From contig JBHGNT010000003.1 in NCBI GenBank assembly GCA_043228905.1, positions 3,906,001 to 3,970,000 on the forward strand: a DNA stretch of 64,000 nucleotides, in the 5' to 3' direction. The notes under the pieces were generated by a model. The model had not been told where the DNA came from. It saw only the letters and a list, made by a program, of their open reading frames with translations, and made no database searches. Positions 1-12,210 of the stretch are shown piece after piece; within the stretch, counting starts at the first letter, position 1; every line of letters starts with the position of its first letter. The position numbers and the translations under genes were made by a program. The stretch comes from Azolla caroliniana (taxonomy: Eukaryota > Plantae > Polypodiophyta).

Positions 1-1003
1 TGTCTTCTCCCTTCTTCAAACAACTTCCCTCATTTCATGTTTCTTTGAAGATCCTATGTGTTCGCCCCGTCTCTTTTTCTTTTCCTCGACAAGGGCTTCA
101 TAATTTTGGCATATGGTCTCTACAAGGATTGTTTTCTCGTCCACAAGGTCATTCCACTCTGATATTTCTTGAACTCTTCATTCAGCTTTGCTAGCCTCGT
201 CTGTTCGAAGTTTCCCTTTCCCAATATGTTCTAAAAATGATCGGCCAAACTTCTCCTTCTAATGGGCCTTGGCCTCTCATATCATGCCCCGCTCGAACTT
301 TGGTTTACGTGGAATAATTGGATGTTTAATAAAAAGGGATGTAGCTAGCAAGTTCTTAGTTCGACATGATAAGCAAGTGATTATTATCGATTATCATACT
401 AGTTAGGCAAACAAATACAAGAGAATCTGAACATGGAGTAGTATTGCACATGAATGTCAGAATGGATCATTCGATAACTATCATTCATAAAGGTATGTGC
501 TTGCGAGTGTTTCAAGATGTTGCATACATTTCATGCCTTCATTGAAAGTATAGGTAATATCACCCATATGTACTCGGTCAATTCTCTAAACTTTAGCTGA
601 ATTTTTATATTCTTGGAAGCGGTCCTAGTCCCAATAATGTTGTAAACATGTAGACAATTTCTAATGTGTATGTATGTGAAAGTACATGTGTAAACATAAA
701 TGTTTGTGTATAACTATATATTTGTAACTTCTATATGTGTACAATTTAAACATGTAAATGTTTTTTAATATATTCATGTGCGTGCATTCTATATGTGTTT
801 ATGTAAAGGTTTATGTAAAGGCAACATTCTCATCCATGACTTTATTCAAATCCACAAATAACCTTGATTAATATAGGTTATAAAACAGGACAATTATTAT
901 TAGTTGCAAACCCCTGTCTAGGTTCATTGGAGGAATATTCAAAAGTTTACAAGAAATATCAAAAGTAGGCCTTTCTATTTAAACCCACGTAGCCAGATAT
1001 AAT

Positions 1004-4000
1004 TTAGCTTAGTGGGAAGGATTTTTTTCCTTCACAATGAATTTTGCATAACCATGCAACTTGAGTACTCTCCTCACCTTCATAATATATGGTACGCTTA
1101 AGAAGGAACTTCTTAGCTATGTTTTGGTCGGTCAAACCTCCATTTTCCACCAACATGGATGCCAAGCACTTTTGCCACTCTTTGGAAGCATACTCTAGTT
1201 TACTTAGAAATATATCCTTTTTTGATTCAAAATGACTTTGTATCATAGGGTATTGTTTCGCTAGTTTGAGGTGGTGTGTCCAATCAAGAGGTACCATGGA
1301 GGAAATACCGAGTCTAGCGGCTATAGTCAAAACATGAAACATACCATTGATATATGGTAGAACTTTTTCTAGATACTCTGAATGAGACTCTGAAAAAGAG
1401 GTGAGGGAGATACCAGGTTGGTTTTTCACCGGGTGTGGCAATTTTTTATCCTCACAATATAGTTGGATTCTCACCATTTTTCCTCCCAAAAGTCGAGGCC
1501 ACCGTGTCAAAAGTTCCTCAATGGTCGATGCACTAGAGCTAGTTGTAAGGAGGGCGACACGAGGGAGTTGCTTCTCAGCCTCATTCTCTAGAGCCATTTT
1601 CAATAGCTTACTTATAGATTTCTCAATGTTACTCATAACATCTTTCCTCATAATTTGAAGTTCTTTGTGCATTTCATCTACTGTCTTGGTCATTTGATCC
1701 ACCTTATCATGTATCTTTAGGACCACTTCATAAGTGGCATCCAACTTATCTATAATTTCCTTTGCCATGAGCTTGCTACATCGCACCTCAATTGCTTGAT
1801 TTTCTGATACTGGATCTTCTTGCACCAAGCTATTTTCAAGGCTAGTCATGGTCACATTTTGTTGACTTTCTTGTTCTCCAAATATTTTGACATCATTATT
1901 CTCCAATAATGGACTTTGTGCCTCTTGCTCAAGCCATGCTTTATATGACGCAAGAATTTCCTCATAATTTTCAAAACCAAGGAGATCAATGAAATCATTT
2001 GTTAGAGAACTGAGGAGTTCAGTCTGTTTCCAATCATAAGATCCTTGCTGGTTTTGCTCAAGCTTTTGTCTTAATTGTTCCTTCAAGTAAGTTATTTTCA
2101 CGCATTGATCTTCTCTATCTTGTGCATTTGATAGATCCCAACAACAATCAGGCCGGATGACACTCTCGATCAACCTAACCCCTTGGACGCCCGCGGGTTG
2201 TGCACATATTGTAATCAAGTTGTTGACGATGCGCTTTTCCATAAAAGCTAAGGTACTTAGAGTGTCTTTTTCAGTGTTAATATTTTGAGCACGAACCAAT
2301 ACATCTATGACATAGTTTGATTTTGCTTGGCAGAACATGACGATGATCACGATTTTTGGAAAACGTATGATTATGAAATTTTTTCCGAGTGTGATGTGAG
2401 CATTGTCATGTTCCGATTGGAATGCATTACTAAATAACACTTGAATCCTGGGAAACAATCCTGGAGTAAGAAATGTGAGGTTTTCATTCTCACACTCTAA
2501 CCTTCTACCCATATACACAAATGAATCCTTATCCTCAACTAAATTGTCGTCACGCTTTGCTCTTGGTGAAGTCCATTGGAGTTGTTCCACACCCACATCC
2601 TTGGACAATATGGCAGGAATGAAGATGAGTTCTCCATGGTTGGTGGGGACTTTGCAACATAGGTGCATGGGTTCCATCAATTGTACCAGTAATGAACCCT
2701 CCGCTTTAGATTTGGTAATTGATTCGAACTTCTCTTCGAGGAAATGTTTAGGGATGTATCCTTTCTCAAATACAATAGTACCCTTCCCTTTAGATTCTTT
2801 AGAGTGTGGGAAATGAATGAGGCTGCCCATGATCTCATTGCAAAACCAATTGGGATCAAGAATGATGTGTTGGATTCCGTTTATGTATATAACGTTACCG
2901 GATTCATTCAAGGACATGGCGATTGCATTTAATTTAGCTTTGTCACTGTTGGGATTGGAAAGTTGGGCAGCCATATGGCAGATTTCCTCAAACTTCTCCC
3001 ATGTAATGATTCGTTCATTTTTATTCTTCAAATGCTTTGATAACTGTTTGCTTACCCCTGTGCAGATGTCGTACAACAGAATACCTTGGAGCATATCCTT
3101 GGCATTGCTGAAGATAAATTCTGCTGTACCTTTTACAGAGTCCTTGTTCCTGGCATCTACATGGAAAGGAGGGTGGAGGATGTCGATCACCCCTTCAAAA
3201 TCTGATCGAAGTGAATCAATGCAATGTAAGAGAGCGCTAGTGACAAACTCCATTTGATCGGCTCGTGTGAATACCACGATCACCCTGAGAGCGATAATGG
3301 ATTGACGGCTTTTGGAAGCGAGGAACCGAAGCCAGTACCTGAAGCTTGCTATGAAGTCAGTGTCTCTTTTCTCTGATCCTCTGTCGCTACTTTCGCTATC
3401 CATGGGGCTCCAAACGAACATGAACATGGATGGGAACTGATAAGAGCTGGTTCCTATGTCTGGGAACATGCAGTCGTGGAATGCGTGGAACTCTTGTTGG
3501 CCTGCCATGTCCCAGAGAGACACTCGAATTCCCTCTTTCTTGATGGCTTGCACCTCGATTCCTTGTGTTCGACCTCCAGTAAACAGGGCTCTCGCCCGAT
3601 CTCTCTTTCGCCCGTAAATGGAACGCATGGAGGATACAAGGGTAGTCTTTCCTGCGCCAAACAAAATGCAGTGCAAGTGTGTTAGTGTGTGTTTATCTTC
3701 ATCAATCTGGCTTGTCTGATTTTTCAGTATTTGAGAGAGTGTGGGCATGTTATGTTGCCTGCGAATGGATCTCCGCATATGAACAATCGGATGGATGTCG
3801 CAGGCACTCGCTTCAAATCAGATCCCAACATGAAATTGCGCTGGTTCCTCCACAGCTGCGCCTCGATGGCAGGGTCCATCCTAATACGAAGGCCTCGAAT
3901 CGCAAAGAAAGGAAGTCCGGATCGTGAAAGTGCATCCACAACCACAGCAGTAGCAGATCGGGTTAATTCATCTGGGGAGACAGCTAAATGAAGGCTGTAT

Positions 4001-4956
4001 AATTGAGGAGGAGATGAAGGGGTACCGCCAACGGTCTCCGCCTCCTCCTTCTTTGGCGGTGCTAGGTGATCCATGAAATCCATTAGCTCCTCCTCTGTCA
4101 TTATACCGAATAGAGAGAGCTCTTTGAGCTTCGGCCAGTGGCGCACGAAACCAGTGTTCCTTCTCCAGTTCATGCACTTTGAATACATGTGCAGTCTGTG
4201 GAGGGAGGCTGCGAGGGGTGAATGTGAGGGATGAAGGTCCGCTAATTTCCCCACAAACTCAGCGGATATGTCCAGAGACGTGAGGTGGAGGGAGGTGAGG
4301 GAAGTGAAGTCACATAACTCCTCTATGCACTCATCCCCCATCCGCATCCACTGAAGGGAGAGATGTTTGAGGCGTTTGTTTTTCTTGAGAGCCCTCAGAA
4401 GACCATGAGGATCCTTGAATTCTGGTGCTTCGATGAGGAGGCTGCTGGGGGCGGCATCATGATCTGCAGCGAGAGAGAGAGCCTCCACCCAATCCCTCTC
4501 CTCCTCTTCGCTTAGATTCAGAAGGAGATGGAGAGATCGTCCGGAGAGATTGGCGGCAGCCGTGAGGATGGCCTTCCGTTCTTCTGCAATGGAGGTAGGA
4601 TCTCCTAAATCCAGCATCATGTGTCTGCTGCCCCATTCCCAAGATCGTTTCTTCCTGACGTTAGAATCAGCATATGACCAATATGCTATTCTTTGATTAT
4701 CCTCCTCCGGCGGCCTATGGATGAGGAAGAGATCCTCAACATTGGCGACATTATTTGACAGATCATGAGTAGAGGCTGAGGTTGAAGAATCAGAATCAGA
4801 ATCAGCAGCTGCATGATGTTGTTGTTGAGAGGTTGAATTTGAAGGGAGGTTGAGTAGAGCTGCTCTCGATTTCTCTACCGCTTCTCTCACCTCCTCGGAT
4901 GTCCACTTCGTGAGGATGAGGCTGTGAGGGGGTGGGAGGAGGTGAGGCTTCTCCAT
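1004..4956 (-). CDS. TORNADO1-like LRR-ROC-COR (ROCO) GTPase, copy A; complement(join(1004..3651,3759..4956)), 1281 aa
   Basis: Splicing 3652-3758 (GC donor, TTTTGTTTGGCGCAG acceptor) joins two ORFs and restores the P-loop ICGDPFAG|KTTL. Also present: G3 motif WDMAGQQEFH, G4-like FTRAD, COR motif IILDPNWFC, a coiled coil, and TRN1-type C-terminal LYCE..PHPV / VAWLC motifs. The N-terminus has degenerate LxxLxL repeats. Confidence 0.88.
3652..3758 (-). other. 107-nt GC-AG intron in the P-loop Gly codon of copy A
   Basis: GCAG|GCAACA donor and GCGCAG|GA acceptor. Phase 1 splicing keeps the frame, and the intron is at the same position in copy D. Confidence 0.8.
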
Positions 4957-6355
4957 GGAAAGGAAGGAATGGAATGAAAGAAAATAATGGAATGTGAAGG
5001 AAAGTTGTGAATGATAAATGAATTTAATAAATGAACATGTTAGGTTTAGCCAAAGTTTACATTAACATAATCATCAAGCACGTTATGTTTACCGACAAAC
5101 ATGACAATGATTAAAACGATACAAAACTGAAAATTCCTTATTTGGGCCCCACGTAGTTCATGACAAAGATTTCTCATCGGCTTCGTCCACCTTTCATGTT
5201 TTGTAGACGGAGAGTAGTTCTAGATTTATTGTTAGCGTGTTTGATGAAAAACGCTATTCAAACTATAATTTGAATGTCAAACCACAAAACAATTTCACTA
5301 TGAATGAGACAAGAACGATTTCATTGGTTTTAAATGACCATTTTTTTGTGCATTTTCATCTTCTCTCACATTGGATATTTAGGCAATACCATAAAGTCAA
5401 AACACTTGGGCACGTCTTTCGCTTTTACAATGCAATGCCGTGTTTCCTTTTCCTTTCCATTACTTTTTTATTGGCCTCTAACGAAATATGGCCAATTTTT
5501 AACAAATAGAATGAAAATAATTATATCCAAGGTCAATAATTCAAAAGATTGACAAACAATCCAACAATAATGGGGAACAATAGAATTTTTATAATGTTCA
5601 GTTTTTTATTATACAAGTGTTTCCTTTATGTAATGAAGCATTATGAGACTATTGTTTATAGCCTCTTCCTCTTTCTCCTTCTCCTTCTTCAGCTACTACT
5701 GGTTGATTGATGGTGGCACGATAAATTCTAGGATTAAATATGTGGCAATGGAATAGGGTTAGGCGAGGGGAGGGGGTAATTGGGCGATGGAGATGTAGAT
5801 GCAGGGGATGGGGAAAGATTGGAACTCTAGTCAAATAAGTATATGTAACTCTAAATTTATAATCACAATTTTTGTGGTATAGCCAGATATGTGTTTGTAA
5901 CCCTAAATTTATTTCCTTTGCATATTGGCACCATAATATAGCCTGCCACTGACAAACACTGCGATCCAACCAGATCCGGATTGGGTTATCAGTTCCTCAA
6001 ACCTCCAAACAACACTATGTTACTACTTTACATTACAAATTGTAGGTTATGAACATATACCCTTACAAGTCTCCATTTAACATCCCTAGCAATCAGTGTA
6101 GTTCTATTTGGCCTTTCATCCAAGAAACACATAAGAACCATTTTCAATATGAGGGACTACAGGAGAGGAATGTACAATATCCAAATTTATGTTGGAAATT
6201 TAGAAAACCCACCATGTGATGCGTCATACAAGCCTAATAACATATCCAGTGTATTGTGTCAAAAAAATCACTACACGCAGAACACAAAGCTAACATAATG
6301 CTTCTAAAGGATGCAACATAATTTCTTTCACAATGCGCAAATCAAGCACATTACT

Positions 6356-6760
6356 TGTAAAAAGTAACGTGCGGAAGCAAGTATGAAGACCGAACAGAAG
6401 GAAGAAAACTCAGGTTTAATGGAGAGCTTGAGCTTACGCAGTATACGCGGGAGAGACAGAGAGAGTGAGAGAGAGAAAACACAAGAACTATATTTCAACA
6501 AAACGATCTCGATTCACTACTCTATACATATGTGTGTTCCATGAACACTTTTATACAAGTCCTCGAAGGACTGACCGAAGTACTGACCGTACTTCAATGC
6601 TCTTTAAGAGCTCCTACACTAACTCCCAAATATATTCCTCACGGAATATCTTTCCTAACGGCCTCCCGGTTTACGCACTCGGCCTAACCGATCGGTCCCA
6701 ACCGATCTGGTCCTCGGCTTCTTCAGCCGATCCAGCCGATGTTGAGCTTGTCTCTCAACA
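6356..6760 (-). repeat. 3' LTR of Copia element 1
   Basis: Direct repeat of 11590-11994. Confidence 0.96.
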
Positions 6761-7258
6761 CTCCCCCTCAAGCTCAACTTGAGGCTCTTCGGGATCCTGG
6801 GGCTCACAGCTCCGGTTCCTCTTGGCTTCACACCTCGCTCGCGCTCCTCGACCTGTTCGACTCCGCGTGCTTCGACCCTTTCGGTCGGCTTGTCTGCTCA
6901 TGCGGCCCTTATCAGCTCTTCTGCTGTTGCGGTGTTGACGCTTCTCCTGCTGCCTTTTCTTCTGCTTGGGCCTCGGTTGATTCAGCATATCGGAATCAAA
7001 CATCCGAACCGACTCGGCTACCTCCGATCAGTTTTCGCTCCCGTCCGAGTTGGCTGTCTCCAACTCGTCTTCGGTCTTCTCGCCCTTGGTGGCATCATCT
7101 TCCCCATGCGTGGTTGGCTTCGGCTCTCTCCTTCGGCTGCTCCCCTTCTGTCCGCTTTCGGACTTTTCCGCGGGTCCGAAGTCGAACTCGACAACCGAGT
7201 CAACAACCGAGTCAACCGACTCGGTGTCGCGGCCTCCGCTCCTTTCCTGCTGCTTTGC

Positions 7259-10200
7259 TTAGTCGTTCGGGACTGTTCTCCCCCTCAAGTTTGGCACGTC
7301 GAGGTGACGCAATCCGAGCACACCAGAGAATTGCCGCAACTTGTCTAGACCAAGGGGCTTAGTGAAGATGTCGGCAGTCTGCCGATCTGTCGGAACGTAC
7401 TGAAGTTCGACGTCACCGGAAAGGACACGTTCACGGACGAAATGGTAGTGCACCTCAATGTGCTTGGTCTGTGCGTGGAAAACGGGGTTTTTCGCGAGCT
7501 GGATGCTGCTGAGGTTGTCGCAGTAGATCGTCGTCGGATTTGACACCTCCTCTTGCAGGTCCTTAAGTAGCCACTTCAACCATATGGCTTCGCATGTCGC
7601 GACAGCCGCTCCTCGGTACTCAACTTCGGTGCTCGACAGTGCAACTCTCGGCTGCTTCTTACTGCTCCACGCAATCGCGGCACTCCCGAGGGAGAACACG
7701 TATCCGGACGTGGATCAGCGATCGGCGGCGTTGCCAGCCCAGTCAGCATCGGTGTAGCCGACTAACTGCGCGGCTGCACCGGTCCGATATAGCAGTCCCC
7801 GGTCGTTAGTGCCGTTGACATACCGAAGTATGCGTTGCACACACTGAAGGTGGTCCTCAGTAGGTTGCGCCATGAACTGACTGATCACTCCGACCGGATA
7901 ACTGAGGTCGCGTCGGGTGATGGTCAAGTATATGAGGCTTCCGACAATTTGTCGGAACCTCGTCGGGTCGCGTACCGTTCCCGTATCGGGACGAAGCTTG
8001 ACGGTTCTGTCCAAAGGAGTCGAGACTGACTTACAGTCGGCCATCCCGAATTTGAAGAGCATACTCAGCACGTAGTGACGTTGGCTGATCAATATGCCTT
8101 CGGGGGTACGGATCACTTCGATCCCGAGGAAGTAATGAAGGTCCCCCAGATCCTTCATGTCGAATGATGCCGCAAGTTGGAGCTTCATGCGGTCGATTTC
8201 ACGTAGGTCGGCGCCGGTGATGACCAAGTCATCGACATATAGTAAAATACTAACCGGTCCGAGTCGACCTACGGATGAACAAGGAAGAGTCCGATTTTGA
8301 CGTGACGAAGCCCATCCGACGCAGTTGTTGCGTGATCTTCGCGTTCCAGGCACGCGGGGCTTGCTTTAGTCCATAAAGGGACTTCTTCAGTCGGCATACT
8401 ACCGAGGAGTTCGTTCCAGAGTGAAATTTGGGGGGCTGTACCATGTACACCTGTTCCTCAAGGTCACCTTGCAGGAACACATTCTTTACATCCATCTGAT
8501 GTAAGTGCCACCCCTTCACCGCAGCTACTACGAGCAAAACACGGACGGTCGTCATTTTCGCGACCGGCGCAAACGTCTCATCGTAGTCGATGCCGTGTTT
8601 CTGCGCGTAGCCCTTTGCCACTAGCCGAGCCTTGTACCGGTTGACCGAGCCATCGGTGTTGTACTTGACCTTGTACACCCACCTACACCCGATCGGTTTT
8701 ACCCCTCTTGGTGCGTCAACCAGATCCCAGGTCTCGTTCTCTGCCAATGCGTGCATCTCTTCCTCCATCGCGGCACGCCAATTCGCGTCTTTAGCCACTT
8801 CTGCGTAGCTCTCCGGCTCACGCACTTTCGCTACATGGGTCATGTATGCATAATGATGCGCCATGTACTCGTTGTATCCGAACCGCAAAACAGGATTCTT
8901 CTGATCGGCGTAATCTCACATTAGCCGATGTCGAGGCCTTCTCGGTCGACGCGGTCTTCACCTTTAAAGACCCGTCACCGGTTCCCTCGGAGTCGGACTC
9001 GCGTCAGTCTGACTCGTTCCTATCCGTGCCAGAATCCGACACCTCCTTCTTCCCTTTCTCTTTGCGCGTAAGCCGTCTCCTCGGCTTCCTGCGCGGGGAA
9101 TGCGCGGCCGAGTCTCCACTACTCGCCGACTCTTCATCGGACTGGTCGTACCGACTCAGTCGTCCAATCGGTCCACTTAAATGGAGTGAAATCGGACTCT
9201 CTTCGTGGGTCTCGATTTCGGGCTCATCCGGAGGCATCTCGGCCTCGCTGACCTCATCGTCAGAGCTCGGATTGGAGTCGGGGTTCGGAGTCGGGGGCTG
9301 GTACCAGGACGCGGACTTGTCAAACACAACGTTGCGGCTAACACGCGCTTGTTTGGTGCGAGGGTTATAGCACTTATAACCCTTCTGCTCGTCCGAGTAA
9401 CCGACCAAGATGCATTTCTCGGCCTTTGCGTCCAGCTTCCTCCTTTTCTCCTTCGGTACATGCACATACGCAATGCTACCGAACACCCTCAAGTGTCGCA
9501 AGTTCGGCTTCGTTCCGAAATACAGCTCGTGCGCCAACACTTTGTCTCCGATCCGGTTCTGGATGTATACCGCGGTCCTTACCGCCTCGGCCCAGTAGAA
9601 CTTGGGCAAGCTCGTCTCCTCCAACATTGCCCGTGCCGCTTCCACAACTGACCGATTCTTCCTCTCGGCCACGCCGTTCTGCTCTGGCGTGTATCTATAA
9701 CTGAATTCGTGCCGAATTCCCATTTGTTGTAGATAACCGTTGAATTGACCAGAAAAGTACTCTTTCCCGCCATCCGACCGCAGACACTTGATCTTTCGTC
9801 CCGTTTCCGTTTCCACGAACCCTTTGAGGTCCCGGAAACAGTCGAAGACTTCGCTCTTCCTCTCAATGAGGTAGATCCACGTGTGCCGCGTGTGGTCGTC
9901 GATGAAGGAGACGAAATTCGGCTCCCGCCAAGATTAACGTTTTGTGTCGGCCCCCATACATCGGAGTGTATAAGGTCGAGCTTATTCCGGCTCCGATTTT
10001 GCTCGTTGGGGAAAGGAAGTCGGTGTTACTTCCCGAGCTGGCAAGCTTCACAAATTTGTGCCTTTCGGCCACTAAATTTGGGCAATCCGAACACTACCTG
10101 TTTCGATTGCAGATCTTGAAGCCGCTGGTAGTTGACGTGGCCTATCCGCTTGTGCCACAAGTCGATGTCCGACTCGGTTTTTCTTCCCTTCGCGAACATT

Positions 10201-11517
10201 GCGGTGCCCGTCTCTGCGCCCTTGCGCAATCACACGGCCTTCTTCCTCAATGAAGCACCCGAGGTGTGTAAACCGAACCTCCATCCCTTGGTCGACGATC
10301 TGTCCGACCGAGACCAAGTTCTTCGTGATTGTCGGAACGTGGAACACGTTCATGAGTTTCCCTTTTTGCCCGACATGGCTAAGGGGAACTTCTCCGACAT
10401 TCGCGATCGGATGCGGAGTGTCGTCTCTAGTTGCGACTACTCCAGGTTGTATCGGTTTTTCAAGGTACGAGAACCACTCCTTATGGCTCGTCATGTGGTT
10501 TGACGCGCCGGAGTCTACGTACCACACCTCGTCCGATCTCGGGGTGATCCGTTTCATTGACTTTGCTTCATGTCTCGTCACGAAGGCAGACCCTTCTCTG
10601 GCTCTCTCGGAGTCTTCGGCGTAGTGTGATCGTTGCCGATTTCCCTTGTCGGTATGTCCGGAGCCGTTTCCGGAACTGGTTCTCTCCAAATCGGCACGCT
10701 TCTTCCAGCACTCACTTTCCCTGTACCAGCACTCCGTGATGGCCTTCCCTTGCCGGTTCTCATCGCTTCAACTCCCCATGTTTCCGGAGGGTCCGGAGTT
10801 GTTGTCGGCATCACTTTGGTGCCTTCTTCCTTGATCTCGTCGGCCGCCTCCATTGCGCGCCGACTCGCCTCGTCCTCCACGTCCACGGGGCGTATCTCCC
10901 TCCGTGTACAACATTTTGCTGTCGGTGTGCGTGCTTGTAGACGCACCCGCGTGGTTCTCCTCTACCAGGAGCATTGACTGTAAGTCGAAAAAGGACGGCG
11001 TATTCTCCTGGGTACACACAACCGTCTGGAACGCTCCGAACTTCGACGCCAAACCTCCGAGACAGATCTGGACCATCTCGCTCTCCTCGATGTTCACCTC
11101 TATGGAGGCGAGGGAGTCGCAGATATCCTTGATCTTCGAGGTATAGTCCGCCACCGACAAGTCGCGTTGTGGTAGGTTGCTCAACTCCTGTCGGAGCTGA
11201 AGCTTCCTTGCTGTGGTGCTCGCGGCGAAGATCTTCTTCAGATTTTCCCACGCACCCTTCGGCGTCTTTGCATCCCAAACATAGCTCAATAGTTGTTCGC
11301 CCACACATGACGCGAAGCAGTATAAAACCCTGCTCGCCGATTGCTCCCATGACGGGAAGTCTCTGTGTGTCGATTCGGGTGCCGCGTCATTAGCTCCTTC
11401 GACATAACTCCAGTAGCCGTGGCCGAGTAGGTACTGGTGCATCTTGTAAGACCAAGATGCGTAGTTGGTTCTGTCGAGCTTCTCTGTTGGAAGCGAGCTT
11501 GCCATGCCTCTATCCAT
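7259..11517 (-). pseudogene. Frameshifted Copia gag-pol
   Basis: Fragments in several frames: gag (KLDRTNYASW), protease (WYVDSGASNHMT), GAG-pre-integrase (LWHKRIGH), integrase (LRSDGGKEY, PEQNGVAERKNR), RT (LYVDDL), RNase H (YTDADWAG, TADIFTKPL). Confidence 0.93.
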
Positions 11518-11589
11518 CGTTCTTCTTGTTCTTCTTCATCAAGCTGTGTCGGCTGCAAAGAGGTTCACAACCCTCGCGCTCTGATACCA

Positions 11590-11994
11590 TGTAAAAAGTA
11601 ACGTGCGGAAGCAAGTATGAAGTTCGAACAGAAGGAAGAAAACTCAGGTTTAATGGAGAGCTTGAGCTTACGCAGTATACGCGGGAGAGACAGAGAGAGT
11701 GAGAGAGAGAAAACACAAGTACTATATTTCAACAAAACGATCTCGATTCACTACTCTATACATATGTGTGTTCCATGAACACTTTTATACAAGTCCTCGA
11801 AGGACTGACCGAAGTACTGACCATACTTCAATGCTCTTTAAGAGCTCCTACACTAACTCCCAAATATATTCCTCACGGAATATCTTTCCTAACGGCCTCC
11901 TGGTTTACGCACTCGGCCTAACCGATCGGTCCCAACCGATCCGGTCCTCGGCTTCTTCAGCCGATCCGGCCGATGTTGAGCTTGTCTCTCAACA
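11590..11994 (-). repeat. 5' LTR of Copia element 1
   Basis: Direct repeat of 6356-6760, adjacent to the PBS. Confidence 0.96.
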
Positions 11995-12210
11995 TTACTT
12001 ACAAACAAGGAATAGAAAACTTTACACATTTGTGATTGTTTTGAGAATACAAAATTAAGCTTAATTGTTATATATTATATAATAAGACAAATATTCTCCA
12101 AAAGCCCAAATAGGTTTGATCAACAAATGGATGAATGTTTGGAATACAATTTCAAAAGCAACATTCATGAACCAAGGAGATAATGTTTCTACTAATTTAG
12201 TTTAACTTCA

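Larger units (their letters stand above)
6356..11994 (-). mobile_element. Ty1/Copia LTR retrotransposon, full length, degenerate
   Basis: 405-bp LTRs at 6356-6760 and 11590-11994 (TG...CA, about 7 differences), TSD TTACT, tRNA-iMet PBS TGGTATCAGAGC at 11578-11589, PPT at 6761-6771. Domain order is gag-PR-INT-RT-RH. Confidence 0.96.

Noticed and set aside
3652-3778. N-terminal extension of the 924-aa ORF (and likewise the 936-aa ORF) as a separate gene
   Set aside because: The extension is intron and out-of-frame exon 1 sequence. Splicing joins the two ORFs into one ROCO gene.
6779-7348. Hydrophobic antisense ORF as an env-like membrane protein
   Set aside because: It has a TTG start, and the hydrophobicity is expected for the antisense of purine-rich, charged coding sequence.
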